Origin: Utricularia gibba
Taxonomy: Eukaryota > Plantae > Magnoliophyta
Assembly (NCBI GenBank): GCA_002189035.1
Contig: NEEC01000004.1
Location: forward strand, 5,518,001 to 5,582,000
Length of the DNA: 64,000 nucleotides
Direction: 5' to 3'
Shown: positions 23,158 to 37,200 of the stretch, piece by piece
How the letters are laid out: every line of letters starts with the position of its first letter
Numbering within the stretch: the stretch's first letter is position 1
Program-made: the position numbers and the translations under genes
Notes under the pieces: model-generated
What the model was told of the DNA's origin: nothing
Seen by the model: the letters and a program-made list of their open reading frames with translations, nothing else
Databases searched by the model: none

Positions 23158-24933
23158 ATGGGGCTGGACTCTAAGAAAAAGTTGGCCGTCACCGGCGTCG
23201 CCTCCATCCTTCTCGTGGCAATGGTGGTCGCCGTTGCTGTGGGAGTGAACAACAAGGGAGAAGAAGGTGGCTCTCAAGCCGCGGTTTCCACGGGCGGCGG
23301 AGTCACGGCCAACACCAAGGCTGTGCAGGCGATCTGTTCTCCCACGGACTACAGAGAGACCTGCGAAAAGAGCCTCTCGGGCGCCAACACCACCGATCCC
23401 AAAGACCTTATCAAAATTGCGTTTGATAATACCGTCAAGGATCTCAGGGAAGCCATCAGCAACTCCACGCTCTACAAGGATGCTGTCGCCGATCCTATGA
23501 CCAAAGCCGCCCTCGACGTGTGCGACGAGGTTCTTGACAACTCCATTGATGATCTGCAGAGATCTTTCGACAAGGTCAATGAGTTCAACGTGAACAACCT
23601 CAATGAATACGTTGATGATCTCAAGACCTGGCTCAGTGGCGCCATCGCCAACAAGGAGGCTTGCATCGACGCCGTGGAGAACACGACCGGTGAAACAGGG
23701 GAAAAGATGAAGAAATTGCTCAACACCACCTCTCAGATGTTGAGCAATGGCCTAGCTATCATCACTGATTTCTCCACCATTTTTGCGTCTCTACAATTAG
23801 GAAGCTTCACGAGCAGGAGACTGATGCAGATAGATGACGCCCGGAACCAAGAAGAAATGGCTTTTGAAGATTTTGCCAACCGGAGACTCCTGTCCGTCAA
23901 CATTAATACCCTGAAACCGAATGTCACCGTCGCGCAAGATGGGAGCGGGCAATTCAAGACCATCGGAGCAGCCATCGGAACTTTGCCTAAGAAGAGCAAC
24001 GCCACCTTCGTGATTTACGTTAAAGCAGGTACCTACAAAGAGACTCTGGTTATCAAACGAAAGATAAACAATGTCATCATCTACGGCGACGGCCCTACGA
24101 AGACAAGAGTCGTCAACAACAAGAACTATGCTGATGGGACTCCCACGTTTCACACTGCTGTTCTTGGTGAGTTACCAGTTTTGCCTACACATTATGTCGA
24201 ACATCTAGTAGATTCTTATGAACGCAAGTCCTCGCCCTCTGCAGCCGCGAACGGGGAGGGATTCATGGCCAAGGACATCGCCTTCGAGAACACTGCCGGA
24301 CCTTCCAAGCATCAAGCGGTGGCTGTCCGTGTTTCCGGCGACAAAGCCATCTTCTACAACGTAATAATGGATGGTTACCAAGACACTCTCTACGCCCACA
24401 ACTACCGCCAACTCTACCGCAACTGCACCATCTCCGGCACCATCGACTTCGTCTTTGGGGACGCCTCGGCCATTTTCCAGAAATGCAAATTCGTGGTGCG
24501 TAAGCCCGACATCAACCAGAACTGCATGGTAACTGCCCAGGGACGCAAGGACCCCCGCAGCACCGGCGTCACCGTCATCCAAGACAGTGAGATCGTGCCT
24601 GCGCCGGGATTCACCTCCGTTGTGCCCAAGATAGATGCTTTCTTAGGCCGTCCCTGGAAAGAGTACTCCAGGACCATCATAATGAAAACCTTCATCGATG
24701 GATTCATTGATCCCGCTGGTTGGTCTCCTTGGATGGGTACCTATGCGCTCGATACTCTGTACTACGGCGAGTACCAAAATCGCGGGCCGGGGTCAGATAC
24801 CTCGAAACGTGTAACCTGGAAGGGAATCAAGAAAATCACGCCGGAGATCGCCCAGAGCTTCACTGCTCAGAAGGTGTACCTCACCGATGGCTGGGTGACA
24901 AACTCCAGTGTTCCTTATACTCCAGGGTTATAA
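23158..24933 (+). CDS. Group 2 pectin methylesterase with N-terminal TM anchor and PMEI pro-domain; intron 24167-24244
   Basis: TM segment, PMEI cysteines, RRLM/RRLL processing motifs, QAVAVRV, GYQDTLY, GTIDFVFG, LGRPWKEYSRT. Confidence 0.95.
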   Translation: MGLDSKKKLAVTGVASILLVAMVVAVAVGVNNKGEEGGSQAAVSTGGGVTANTKAVQAICSPTDYRETCEKSLSGANTTDPKDLIKIAFDNTVKDLREAISNSTLYKDAVADPMTKAALDVCDEVLDNSIDDLQRSFDKVNEFNVNNLNEYVDDLKTWLSGAIANKEACIDAVENTTGETGEKMKKLLNTTSQMLSNGLAIITDFSTIFASLQLGSFTSRRLMQIDDARNQEEMAFEDFANRRLLSVNINTLKPNVTVAQDGSGQFKTIGAAIGTLPKKSNATFVIYVKAGTYKETLVIKRKINNVIIYGDGPTKTRVVNNKNYADGTPTFHTAVLGELPVLPTHYVEHLVDSYERKSSPSAAANGEGFMAKDIAFENTAGPSKHQAVAVRVSGDKAIFYNVIMDGYQDTLYAHNYRQLYRNCTISGTIDFVFGDASAIFQKCKFVVRKPDINQNCMVTAQGRKDPRSTGVTVIQDSEIVPAPGFTSVVPKIDAFLGRPWKEYSRTIIMKTFIDGFIDPAGWSPWMGTYALDTLYYGEYQNRGPGSDTSKRVTWKGIKKITPEIAQSFTAQKVYLTDGWVTNSSVPYTPGL

Positions 24934-25034
24934 GTCTGTCTATACCCAGAAATATTTTGTCGATTATTTGAATAAAAACCGTGTACCCGAAGGTCCCATG
25001 AGTTAATAAACTTGTTCATCATTCCATGGAGCAA

Positions 25035-27325
25035 TCACCTCAAATGCAACAGAAAAAGCTCTGGTTTTTCAATGAACTGCTTCCACTCATTGCAGAATCT
25101 GGCCACTGTCGCACCGTCCAGGATTCTGTGATCAGCCCCAACGTTCACCTACATAAATGAGATTTTGGTCAGCGAGAATGAGTGAGAAAACTGTGCTTCA
25201 AACTTCCAAGGAATAGGGGTAAGCTTACTGTCATGATTGATGCCGGGTACACTTCGCCGTCTTCGTTAAATCGTGGGAGCTTCTGGATTCGTCCCATTGC
25301 GATAATGGAAGCTTCAGGAACGTTGATGACCGGAGAACCAAACTTCCCACCGATTGAACCTATATTGCTTAGCGTGATTGTTCCACCGGAAACATCCCCA
25401 GGGCTAAGCTTGTTAGCCATAGCCAGTTCTTGCAGCCGTGACAATTCCTTTGTTATCTGTCAAAGAAGACACTCGTTTCAGATTCTCATGTGAAGGATGG
25501 AAGTGTGTATAGAGATTTGCTGGAGATTACAACACTTTAACCTGCAGGATTGAGAGAGACTGAACTCCCTTTATATTAGGCACCACCAAGCCATTTGGAG
25601 TTGCCATTGCAATTCCGATATTGTGGGATCCTATGAACAAGAGAGGATGGGCAGGAGAGGTTCAAAAGCAAGACAAACAAAGAGAAATGGTGGATACCTT
25701 TCAGGGTGACTTCATGCAACTCCTCATTGAAAGAGCTATTTAGCATTGGATATTTGGTGAGTGCTAGAGAAAGAGACTTTATCAACACTGGGAGAAAGCT
25801 ATATTTCACTCCTGGATCAGAATTCACATTTTGAAAAGATTCTTTTAGCATGATCAGGGAATCACAGTTGATCTCGTCTACGTAATAAAAATGGGGGATT
25901 TTCGCAGCCAGAGCCATTGTTTTAGCCATCGCACGTTGGAAGCCCCTGCCAGAGAGAGCGTCGCTGAGAAGAAAAGAAAAAAACTAGGAAAACAGCCGTA
26001 CGACGATGTACCTCAGAGAAACAGTATGGTCTTCAAACTCCAATCCATCCACTTGAGGAACACTGGGGAAAGTGGAATCTCCAGTATCAGAAGAATTTAT
26101 GACAGTAGCTGAACTGCATTCCTTAAGAATGCCTTTAGCAGAAGCATAATTCAGGACATCTTCTTTCGATATTCTGCCACCATCACACGATCCAGGGACA
26201 TCTTTGATATCAATACCAAGTTTTTTAGCAAAACCGCGTACAGAAGGAGTAGACAGTACACCACTAATCTTATCTTTTCTGATTTCTGAGTTAGTAGAGT
26301 CTAGTTGAGTGATAGTGGGATCCAGCTCCTTCAAAACCTCAGATCTCTCAGAAATCGGGTTACGTAAAGCACCGTTGTCTACAACCATTCTGAGGAGAGT
26401 TTCTCCGACCTAGAAAAAATACATACCATCAACTCATTAAGAAAGAACAGGATTCATGATGTTTCAAGGAAGGGTATAATGAATGAGCACAGAAGAATAG
26501 ATTGCTCGATATCACCTGCTGTCATCCACATGACTAAGAAAAATAAGTGATTCTGACACCCAAAATATATGCGCTCTTACCTTCACAATATTGCCTGGAA
26601 CATGGTTGACCTCCAAAACTTTCCCTTTGTAGCGGCTTGTGATCTCAATGGTTGCTTTATCGCTTTGGACTTCACAAAGTGGTTGGAATTCCTCAATTTC
26701 GTCACCCTGTCAAAATGTTAGAAGATTGAATCACCATAAGCGAGAAGAACAGGAAAAGTGACAAGAATGGTCATCTAATTTTAAAATCACGAGAATCCGG
26801 AAACAGATTACACTTACCTCCTGTACAAACCATTTTAAGAGTTCACACTCTGCTATACCTTCACCAGTTTGTGCCAACGGCACCTCAACCACCCCCCAAC
26901 TTCAGCATCAGCCAAAGTTTGAGAACTGAAGTAGTATCCTTTGTTTCCAAACGGAATGCTTAACTAAGAAACACAAATGTCGACTAGTTCAGGGTTTATT
27001 CCATGTTGCCTGAAGAAATTGAAGGAAAACAAAAAAGGTATCTTCTGGATGAACGGAAGACTTGTCACCTTTCGGCATACGAATTTAAAGAAAAGTGGAA
27101 ACATCAAACTTACAGAGCTTCTTTTGTACAAACTCCGCAAACCAAATCGCATCGTGGGTTTCGTAAAAATGCTTGCTTGAACTCGACAAGGGACAGCCGG
27201 TTCAATCGCATCTCCACGGATGACACGCCCATCGGGCTTCGCCGCCGTAGCGGGGGCGGAGCAACAGTGCTGCCACCTTCGGCCCAAGCCCCATGCGCAT
27301 TTCCGCTGAATTCCACGCAAAAACA
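25035..27325 (-). CDS. BCE2: Lipoamide acyltransferase E2 of branched-chain alpha-keto acid dehydrogenase, mitochondrial; frameshift at 26892-26897
   Basis: [20 protein letters not shown] lipoyl domain, [29 protein letters not shown] binding domain, [30 protein letters not shown]. Confidence 0.92.
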
Positions 27326-27991
27326 TCCTTCTATCGGCGATGGCTAACTGGGAGACGTAGTGCGGCAACGGGAATCGAGGTATTGTACCGAGCCCGGCAC
27401 CCACAAATCCAGCTGAAAATTCAAGGAGTCTGGAAAGGGAATACTGGATTTACATCAGGAGTCAGCAGGACGCATTCGTTGTAGGCAGTAAGGCTCACTC
27501 CTATCAATTTCTCCACCCAATGTCCACGTGGACAGCAATCATCCAAATTTGGTGAGGAGAAACAACAGCACTGTTGCCAAATTGAAAGATACTAATCAGC
27601 GCAGTTTTATAGTTGATTGGGCATCAGAGAGCCTTTCTCTGGATTTGAGAATGCTGTTAAGGTTCCCAAATCGAATGAGAATCGTTTCATTAATAAATTG
27701 CTTTGGTGCCTCCGTTGCGTCTCTGGGCGGTGGTGTACCCTGAGCGAGACAAGTTCTTGAATGATGTCCTGATACAGAATGGGCGCGTACGTCGTCGTCT
27801 TGGGAGCTTTTTGTTGATTTTCAGTAACATCTTCAACCCCACTTGTTCCGGTTCCAATACAAAATTGTTTTGTTTTCAAGTTATTTCAACAGTGAAAAGA
27901 ATCTTGCAAAAGCTCTTCCCTTTTTTGGTTCCTCTGGCTCGCGGATTTCTGCAATTTTGATTCACCTCATTTGAGGGTTTTCGAGTTGAAA

Positions 27992-29037
27992 ATGGTGATG
28001 GAGGTAGTTCACGAAGAAATGGCGGAAGGAAACATGCAGTGTGCTAGCCACCCTTACAAGAACAGCTCCCCTGGTGGGGTCTGCGCATTTTGCCTTCAGG
28101 AGAAGTTGGGGAAGCTCGTTTCGTCTTCCTTCCCTATTGCTGTTGTGCCTCCTTCTTCTTCATCCTCTTCCCCGTCGTTTAGATCTGAAGTCGGCGCGCC
28201 TGTCTCGGCCCACCGGAATCCCCATGAGAGAGGAGGCAGCATCAACCGCCGCCGCACGGCGAGGTCAAGACTGCCCCTCCGATTGCTGCGCAAGAAGAAA
28301 AGACAGGAAGGGGGGGCAATGGGAACGGAAAGGAACTGCTCGAATGCTTCTACATTTTTCTTTATGAGAAGCAAATCCACGGTGACTCCTCCAGGAAAGG
28401 CTCTTCATTTCTTGGATGAAAACCATAAAAGAGGGTTCTGGTCATTTCTCTACAGCCCAAGGGATTCTGGTTTCAAGAAAAGTGTCAAGCAACTGAAGGA
28501 TTCTGGAAGCTCATCAAGTCTCAGAGAGAATAAAGGGACAGAAGGGTCTTGGTGGAGGAGAATGAGAGTCCAAATGAAACTGCTGTTGATAGAAAGGTCT
28601 CTAGATCTAGATCCATTGGTTGCGGCAGCCGCAGCTTTTCAGGGGATTTCTTTGAGAGAATCTCAACTGGGTTTTCCGACTGCACTCTCCGCCGTGCAGA
28701 GTCTCAAAGAGAAGGTAAGTTGAACGCAAGACCAGTCCGCAGAAACGGCAGAGAAGGTGGTGATGCAAATGGCCGAGACTGCATCAAAGAAAGAGTTAAA
28801 CGTGGACGGATTTTCAGTGGTTTTATAATCACTTCATCTTCTTCTTCCTCCTCGTCTTCAAACTGGGTCTCCTCTTCAGCTGAGGATGGTACAGTTGCAG
28901 CGGGAAAAACAATAGCTTCCCAATCCCATTGGCGTAGCAGAAGCTGGGGATGGAGTCTCCCAAGTCCAATGAGAGCTTTTGGTAAGCCACGTTCTGGGAA
29001 AACAGATGCCAATTCAAATAATGTCCTCAAAGCGTAG
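27992..29037 (+). CDS. Intronless Ser-rich protein (DUF740-like, N-terminal CxxHP...CAFCLQEKL); frameshift at G-run 28535-28537
   Basis: CASHPYKNSSPGGVCAFCLQEKLGKLVSS and conserved KVSRSRSIGCGSRSFSGDFFERISTGFSDCTLRR lie in adjacent frames; one added G joins them. Confidence 0.75.
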
Positions 29038-29533
29038 CCAAAATGCCGTCTTCTTCGGCTGTGAGTTGCTGAGAAACAAGTCTAGATTACTGAATCTATG
29101 TGTTCTTTGTTTGTTATTGTGTGCCGCTGTGTTTCATTCACTTATTGCGTTTAGCTCAGAACCACATACGTAGCCAAAATCCCTGTGTGTCTCTGGGGAT
29201 GACGATAATAAATGAAGAAAAAATCATCCCATATCTGCAGCTGTGACTATGAGAAGAAGTTGAAGAGGGAATGGTTCATTCACCAGGAAGCAGTTGTCTG
29301 TTCCTGGGAGTAAACTATCCATCTAATTGAAAATAAAAACAGAGATTGAAATGAGACTAGAGACAGCAAAGAGACGAGGAAGATGGGGACAGGAGATTGG
29401 AGAAACCATTGCCGTCTGCAAACTGCACATGCTCTGCTACTCGCTCGCTAATGGTCCGTGCCAGTGAATCGACATTATTACTTGAGGGTGAATGGCATTA
29501 ACAGATTACTCTTTTAACGGGCCGACTAGTAGG

Positions 29534-29675
29534 TGGGCCGAGTAGAATGGGTTATTGGACCACCCCAGTGAGGCCCAATATACACGTGAAAAGGCCCATT
29601 GAAATGGCGTTTATTTTCCTGGGTCATCCTAACCCTAAACGAACCCAAGAAGGAAAAGCCCCACGCCCCTATAAA
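29534..29675 (+). promoter_or_regulatory. TCTP promoter: site II (TGGGCC/GGCCCA x3), G-box, telo-box-like AACCCTAA, TATA
   Basis: TGGGCC 29534, GGCCCA ~29572 and ~29593, CACGTG 29583, AACCCTAA 29631, TATAAA 29670; this combination is typical of translation/growth genes. Confidence 0.6.
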
Positions 29676-29776
29676 TTTCGCTCTCGCCCGGTGCTGTGGA
29701 TCAACATTCAAGACTCCCGAGGTGGTCCTTCCTTCTGATACCTTCTTCTAGTTAACCGAGGCGAACTTCTGCAAAC

Positions 29777-30924
29777 ATGTTGGTCTATCAAGATTTGCTG
29801 TCAGGTAATAGTTTTCGCGTCGACTATTTGGAATTTGTTGTTCTTATTTGCAGGCTGACTGACGTATTGGCGGTTTTGTGTATTCTTTTTTTCTTTTCCG
29901 ATTTCTAATGTTATTGATGGCTGAATTTGTCGAAAGTATTGTTCTGAATATTTAGACCCCTGGATGTTTCTTTTTTCTCTTGTACATGAGTGTGCTCTGT
30001 ACATCTTGTCCCAAGGGTGTTTTTTTCATTAAAGATTGTTGATTTAGCTTACTATTGCAATTTCTGCCATGGGAAACAATCACATATTTATGCTTCACCA
30101 ACTGTTACTGCAGGTGATGAGCTGCTCTCGGACTCGTTTCCCTACAAGGAAATTGAGAATGGAGCTTTGTGGGAGGTAGAGGGAAAGGTTAGAATCAACG
30201 GAAACTCTCTTCTGCGCCTATATTAGCAGGGTCGTTAGTGATGGAATCAACATTCTTTTTTATTCTTTCTGCCTTGTATATGTTTGTTGCAGCAGTTCTA
30301 TATGCCACTCACGGTCTTATGCTTTAATCTTCTTTTGCAATCAGTGGGTGGTGAAGGGAGCAGTTGATGTGGACATCGGTGCCAACCCATCTGCCGAAGG
30401 AGGTGAAGAGGATGAAGGTGTTGATGACCAGGCTGTCAAAGTAGTTGACATTGTGGACACCTTCAGGCTTCAGGTTTTTATCATACCAATCAAGAAAACC
30501 ATCCTAGTATTGTTTTTACTGCAATTCTTTTCCTACGATTTTACTTGCAGGAACAACCTCCCTTTGACAAGAAGCAATTCGTCGCCTGGATTAAGAAGTA
30601 CATCAAACTGTTGACTGCCAAGCTGGAACCCGAGAAGCAAGATGAGTTCAAGAAATCCATCGAGGGGGCTACCAAATATTTACTTTCAAAAATCAAAGAC
30701 CTCCAATTGTAAGCAACACAACTTCCTTGCTATGATTATCTGGGGCACCTATGGCCAGTGGCAAATCTTTCATCCCAGAGACACGATAAATGCTTCCTTT
30801 TTGCAGTTTTGTCGGTGAGAGCATGCATGATGATGGAAGCCTCGTTTTTGCATACTACAAGGATGGGGCCGTGGATCCAACATTCCTATACTTGTCCCAT
30901 GGCCTGAAAGAACTCAAGTGCTAG
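29777..30924 (+). CDS. TCTP: Translationally controlled tumour protein; exons 29777-29804, 30114-30187, 30345-30473, 30551-30708, 30807-30924
   Basis: [67 protein letters not shown]; canonical junctions. Confidence 0.96.
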
Positions 30925-31417
30925 ATAACTGCGGATGTGTCTATCCAAATCAAATCAAAGACAGGATATTTTGCTTTGGATTTTAATTTTGGTCGATGAG
31001 GTGAGCTCGTGCGTCGTGTTGTTTTTGTATGTTTTCTTAATCTATGTGGTTACTGATGGTCTACCATCTTTTGTCTTCGAGCGCTGCTTCTAGAGCTCGA
31101 GTACCCTGTTTTCAATAAAATTATTAATATTTCTTAAGCAACAAACATGAAATTTTTATGTTACTATTGACGGGGGACAAAAACTAAGGGCAGCTTTTTC
31201 AAGTTTCTTTTTTTCCTGTACAACAGATCATCACGCGTGCTCAATCTTGCATATGGCACAGCACTATAAGAATGACCTAATAGTAGTACCAGTGCCGGCT
31301 GAGTTTGCGTGGTACATACAACCTGCTGATCAAACTTCAATCCTCTAAAGCAGTCGCAAATTTTTCTCCCTACCACACTAGCGCTCCACCCTCTGTTTCA
31401 ATGGCTCAGTCTTTCAG

Positions 31418-33903
31418 TCACTCCGCTCTTAACTTCAGTATCTCCTTAGCTGTTCTCCGTCTAAAATACTGCATATGATCCTTAAAAAAAGGGAGAGTAT
31501 GACAAGGGATTAAGTGGGAGAACAGAAATAACGAGATATGAGGCACGTCCACGGAAAGAAATGTTGAAAGGGTCTAACCTGGCTAAAGCACAACCCAATA
31601 CCTCTGCTGTGGAAGTCAGCATACTTGATCATGAACACCCCACAGTCATACCTGTTAACGAAGAAACATTCAGTAACTAGCGACGTTACATTTGACTCTG
31701 TTAATTTGCAATGTGAATCTTATCAAGGTTCTGAACTCCTTAGTCATTACAAATGTGAGTTACTGTTACCCATTTTTCTGTTCCGGCAGGTCATCCACGA
31801 ATTCATGCTCCCATGAGCTAACATCGATGTCTTGTCCACCCTTGTCCTTCGCTTCATCTACAAAGTACCTTGCCTGCATGATATTATCCTCCAGTGAATC
31901 ATAATGTCCGGAACAAGCTGTTAAGAAAGAAAAAGCATACCAGCACATTCAGAACGTTGGGATCATATCCTCGGAGCGAATCAAGATACTGAAATTTTTC
32001 TGCCTTCTTGTTAATAATAGCTAGACACCAATGCACTTCTCTATGGATGGGCACAAAAATCTAATATAACAAAGAAGTTGATTAGTGCGGATAACAATGA
32101 AATACAAGGCGCAATTAAACATGCAAAGCTTACTTTTTCACACTCTAGAAGACTATACCCCAGCTTCTTTTGACTAGTCCATCTTCTAACTGACCGAAAA
32201 TCATAGCCATCCTTGCCACTAATTAACTGGAAAAGGAACCCAAGTAGATAAAAGCACTCACTAAAACTGAAATCGCAGTAACAAAAAACATTCATGCAAA
32301 ATGCAAATAATTGAATTAGCAATTTCTTAAGGGAATACTTGGAAAAAAAAAGCAGTCCTCACAATTACAAGATTCTTTCAAATTTGATTTTAAAAACTGG
32401 ATCCATCATCAATGCTCGGATGAGCTTGCAGCGGGCTTCATATATCCATTGGCGAAATTTCTATATCAACTTGATATTATTTTTTGCGCATATTAAATGT
32501 AAGGTCTATCATCCCTAATTACAACATGTTGAATATGCAGAAGTAGCAAATAATTCATTAACACATAAAAACCAACACCATTTTCAGTTATGAAAGAATT
32601 CAGAATGTACAAACCTTTTTGTAAAAAAAGGTGTTAAAAAAATGGCACTTCAAAAATTTCCCAGGTTCTCTATTCTCCCTTTCTTTCAACAGCGCAAGAT
32701 ATACATTGATGACCTGAGGAAAGAAATGGAATAAAAAACGGCATACCATAAATTTCAAGAAGGTATCACAGGACATTAGGGAGTCTCATTCTAATAGTGG
32801 AAACAGCCATTTTTAAGTTTCATGAATGACGAGGAAAAAAATTGAAAAGAGGGAAAAACAACTCATGCACCGAAGATCCATATCAACATGATGACCCAAA
32901 GGAAGCTTTTTTCTTAAGTACCTCGTCATTTAGCCAGGCACCATTCCTCAAACACTGTAATTTTTCCCCGGTGATATCAACGTTTGAGGTTTCATGAACC
33001 GCTAAAACTTTGAAACTGCCCAGGTTGGAAGAAATATGAGAGGATAGACACAAAAGAGAGACTCTAGCTCAACAAAAAGGAAATGTAGTACCTATTACGA
33101 TTGGACATAGCGTTAGCAACTTCAACCTCATCTTCTTCGGTGAGAGGTACAAAATATTCAGCAACCCTTTCTTTCCTTGAAGGCCGTGCAGAACGGATCA
33201 AATTAAGGCTGTCTGTAAATAATTGTATCAATGAATTCAGCAAGCTAGTCTTTTCATTTTTATTACTGATATCCTTGAGCATCCTCTTATATACAGGCTC
33301 AGTGGAATCAGACACACGGTCCAGTTTCTTCGATTCCATTGCGTTGGCTACATCTTCCTTTGACATGACATGAACCTCATCTATGACAGCAGAAGACTCA
33401 TAAGAACCCACTTTTTCGATAGCCATGGCATTTGTATCTTCATGCGAATTCTCTGCGGCCCCTTGTTCTCGCATCCTTTTATTTCCTCCAAGTTCTACAG
33501 TCTCCACATTCTTACTGCCGAATTCCTGAGGCACATCGTTTCGGCGGCCAATTCTCTTGTCAAGACCTTCTTTACTGGGACACCGCAAACTAGAGATCGC
33601 TTCTTCCTTAGCCTGTTCGTATCCATGGAAGAGGGAAATTATGTCATTTTGAGGCTTCGTAAACATAGAAGAACTAGTCGAATCGGGCATCTTCGAAGGA
33701 CGGGAGAATCTCGAAATCCGGACCGGAGCATGGAGCCTCCTGGGATGTTCTGGTTTTTCGGACAGGTTAAAGATTTTCAACGCCGTGAAGGAAGCGCGAG
33801 TGTTAGAATCTGGGAACCTCGGTCTCTTGAAAATGCAGTCTTCCTCCAGGTGGCATTCAGGTGAAGCATCATCCTCGCGCTTTCGGCTGGCCAGGATCCC
33901 CAT
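31418..33903 (-). CDS. ULP1-family SUMO protease (ESD4/ULP1a-like)
   Basis: Catalytic His/Asp in FVPIHREVHWCLAII...QYLDSL and Cys in QKNGYDCGVFMIKY; ends YFRRRTAKEILKLRAE*; long first exon starts MGILASRKR. Confidence 0.9.
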
Positions 33904-34269
33904 ACTCAGTGATCGAAGCTGTTGCAGAAACCCTAATTGGGAATACCCCGACGCCACCTACATGGAAATAACGGCAACTTGTGTTGATGAAGACGGGAAC
34001 CGTCACTGGTGAAATCGATCTTCACCTTGAAAATAAAATTAGGGCTAGATTGCCCCCTGATATCGGATCCCTGAATTTTATAATACATCACAGCAGCGTT
34101 GTGGTGGGAACGGGTCGTCTTCTTGCTTTGGCGTACTTTTCAGTTTTCAATTTAAACGGTTGGGATCCCATGGATAGTAAATAATGAATGCACAGATAGA
34201 TGCAATAGGCCCATCACAATGTACACTTGGGGGGTGTGGAATCCACATGGATGCGTGAGCTGCTCCTGA

Positions 34270-37200
34270 TCAGATGAGCTGCACCACCGCAGCAACTCTA
34301 AGGGCCCCATTCTGGAGACGATCCCCGAACTCGTTGAACAGCAACGCCGTTCGCCAGCCCCATCCCTTTGGGGCTTTGGGGAGGAGTGTCCCTGTTTGTT
34401 TATAGCTCCCGAAAACCATCACTTCTCTCTTGGACGGGCATATCAGCTGCATGTTCACTCATAGTTCATGATACTGCATACCCCATAAAAGTAACTCCTG
34501 GCAGGGGGAGAGGCGAACCTGATATCTGGCGGTAACCTTTTCTCTTGCATCAGTGTACGCGGGAACCTGGGGTACAAGGGAAACAACCAATAGTAGCAAT
34601 ACAACAAGGCAGCAGTTCAGTGTAAAGTAGCTGTGCAAGTTGAATTTAAATTCTATATTTTCCAATTACAACCATTTCTGTGCAACAGAATCAGAAAACT
34701 CCGCAACTTACCTGTCCATGCTGATCACTAATATCTGCCTTCCGCCGGTGAAGAAACACCCCTTAGTCATGAAATGATGCTATTAATAACACATGACACT
34801 TCGAAATGGTCATTTAATCTATGAAAAAAAACAGAGGAAGAATACCAAGCGTACGTCGTCCTTGAGGATCTTCATCACTAAATGCCTGAACGCTAATCTA
34901 CAAGATCATGTAATACAAGTGACCATATTTAAGTTGGTCTGATCAAACAATGAAAAGGTGAACAATCAGCAAATTTTGTTAAATTAATAAATATATTTTC
35001 TGCGAACCTTCCACAGGGAGCCACCATAAAAGAATTCAGGGAATGCTTAACTACACCATCAGTAAGTCTGTCCACATCCGGAAATTCAGCTCTGAAAAAC
35101 ACGGTGGAAACATATTCATGCAACTACTACAATGAAAAGTGCATTATTAGACGTTCTTTTCCATAATAAAGCTGAAGAAGAGAAGCTATGGTGATTCTTT
35201 CGGTTGAAGGGGGCATGGTTTTCAGGTTTCACGCATGTTAAAGCAAGGGAAATATGTAACAAATCAGAGCAAACTCCACGGTGGAATTGGCATCAATTCA
35301 TTTTCTTTGTATGCTTCCTATTTTTCTTTGTTTACTTCAACGTGACCTTCATATTTCATAAAGCAGATGATACTTACCCAAAACGGAAAGGTGGGAAGTG
35401 ATTCAAAGGAGTCTTCAAATCCAGCGATATGGAACTACCCATATTCTCCCACTCCGTTCCTGCAATCTTCTCATTTGAATCAACGACTTCATCAGGAATG
35501 CCACTATTCATAGGCCCATGCCTGAGAGATGCTGCAACTGTGCTCGGTGAAGTTGTGTCAAATGACTGTCCTGTATGCACATTAATGAAACCAGAGAATC
35601 CCTGATTCAGCCCAACCAAAGCTGTCAGCCCGCCCTCACCAAGGCCACCCTGGTTTTCAGCTCTATTCTCTGGGTTATCATTGGCCAGATGTTGCTGATT
35701 ATTTCGGTTTCCAATACCAAATGGCACACGAGAAAACACATAGCGAGTTGGAGGCCATGTAGCGGTAGGAACATATGTTGCACCGCGTCCAATTCCAGCC
35801 AATCCATCAGCAGAACCCCTTGGATGTACTCGTGCTGGCCTAAACAGACCATTTCTCTCCCTTTGAGCAGGATTAGTGATATACACGTTTGCTATATCGT
35901 TGGACAAATTAATCAAATCATGATCTTGTACATAGGAGCTATTGAGTGCAGTAACCCCACGGGAGTACCCAAATGGTTGCCTACATGTACACGCTGTACT
36001 AACAAGACAGCAATTCTTGCATGTAAGCTCACCGATATCTTGCACCCGCTGGCTCAAGAGCATCTATGAAATGCAAAAAAAGGTGAAACTTACCACTTGG
36101 AAGACCCAACTGATGCAAACTAATATAAATTTGGCAAGGATTGAAAAAACTCATCAATGAGCTATAGATGACTTGCTAGCATTTCCCAATCACTCAGGCT
36201 TGTGAGATTTCAGATCATGAGAGGATTCAGACGTCACAGACCTTGAAAAAAAAAGTGATTAGGGTGCTCAGTAATATTTATTACCTTCAACCACAATCCA
36301 GCATCCACTGCTTTGCCTGGAAAGCCCAATTCCTCAAGACGCCTTTTTATATTCAAGAGTGCCTCAAAAGACATGTTGCAGTATAACAGTGACCCCCTTC
36401 AAAAATATTAACAAAAGCATCATAATATTCTGTACTCATGTCACACTGCCTGTTCAGGCTGGGTTTCGGCTCTCTTTTACTGACTGTCCTGCCGCCCCAT
36501 ATAGGAGTTGGCATGTTGGATCTCTCCCATACACAAGGCATAACAAGATTAGGGTTGGGGTAGGGGAGCTGGAATGCAATTGATCTCCTGGAGACAAAGT
36601 ATTCTTTGAATGGTTGCGTGGGTCATCAGCTGAGGGTCCTTCAGATAATAAAGCACTGCCAGATGATCTAATTATCTGATGGACAATCTGAGCATTTGAA
36701 TGAGAATTTGAAGTGAATTTATTTCCAAAACAAGTGGTATCTGCAGAAGCTTGATCAATGTTGGAAATATATCCAGAATCCAAACTTGATTCACAGTATG
36801 AGACTTGAACATCTTCAGCTACACCAGAATAATCTGGAATGGTATTTCCATCCTTGATGACAACATTGTTGGTGGTCAAACCTTCAGCCTCCTCTGTTGC
36901 CTTAGGATGCCCTTGTTTAGTTTCAAGCATGCTGTTCGTACTTCCCTTAGCCAAATATTGGATCTCTACTTCCATGGATTCCGAATGACCACCAGCTACA
37001 TCATTAGCGATTGATCTACCTTGCTCACTATGGTCTGCCACCGAATACACACCTTTTGCAAGAAGTGTGTACAATGCTAGCTCAAACCTTCATATTTCCA
37101 AAAGTACACAAGAACTTGGCACAAGTATACTCTCTAACTCAATCTTATCTGATCCAAAAAGAGAAATTAAATAAAAGAAGAGTTCACTTACCGCTGCTCC

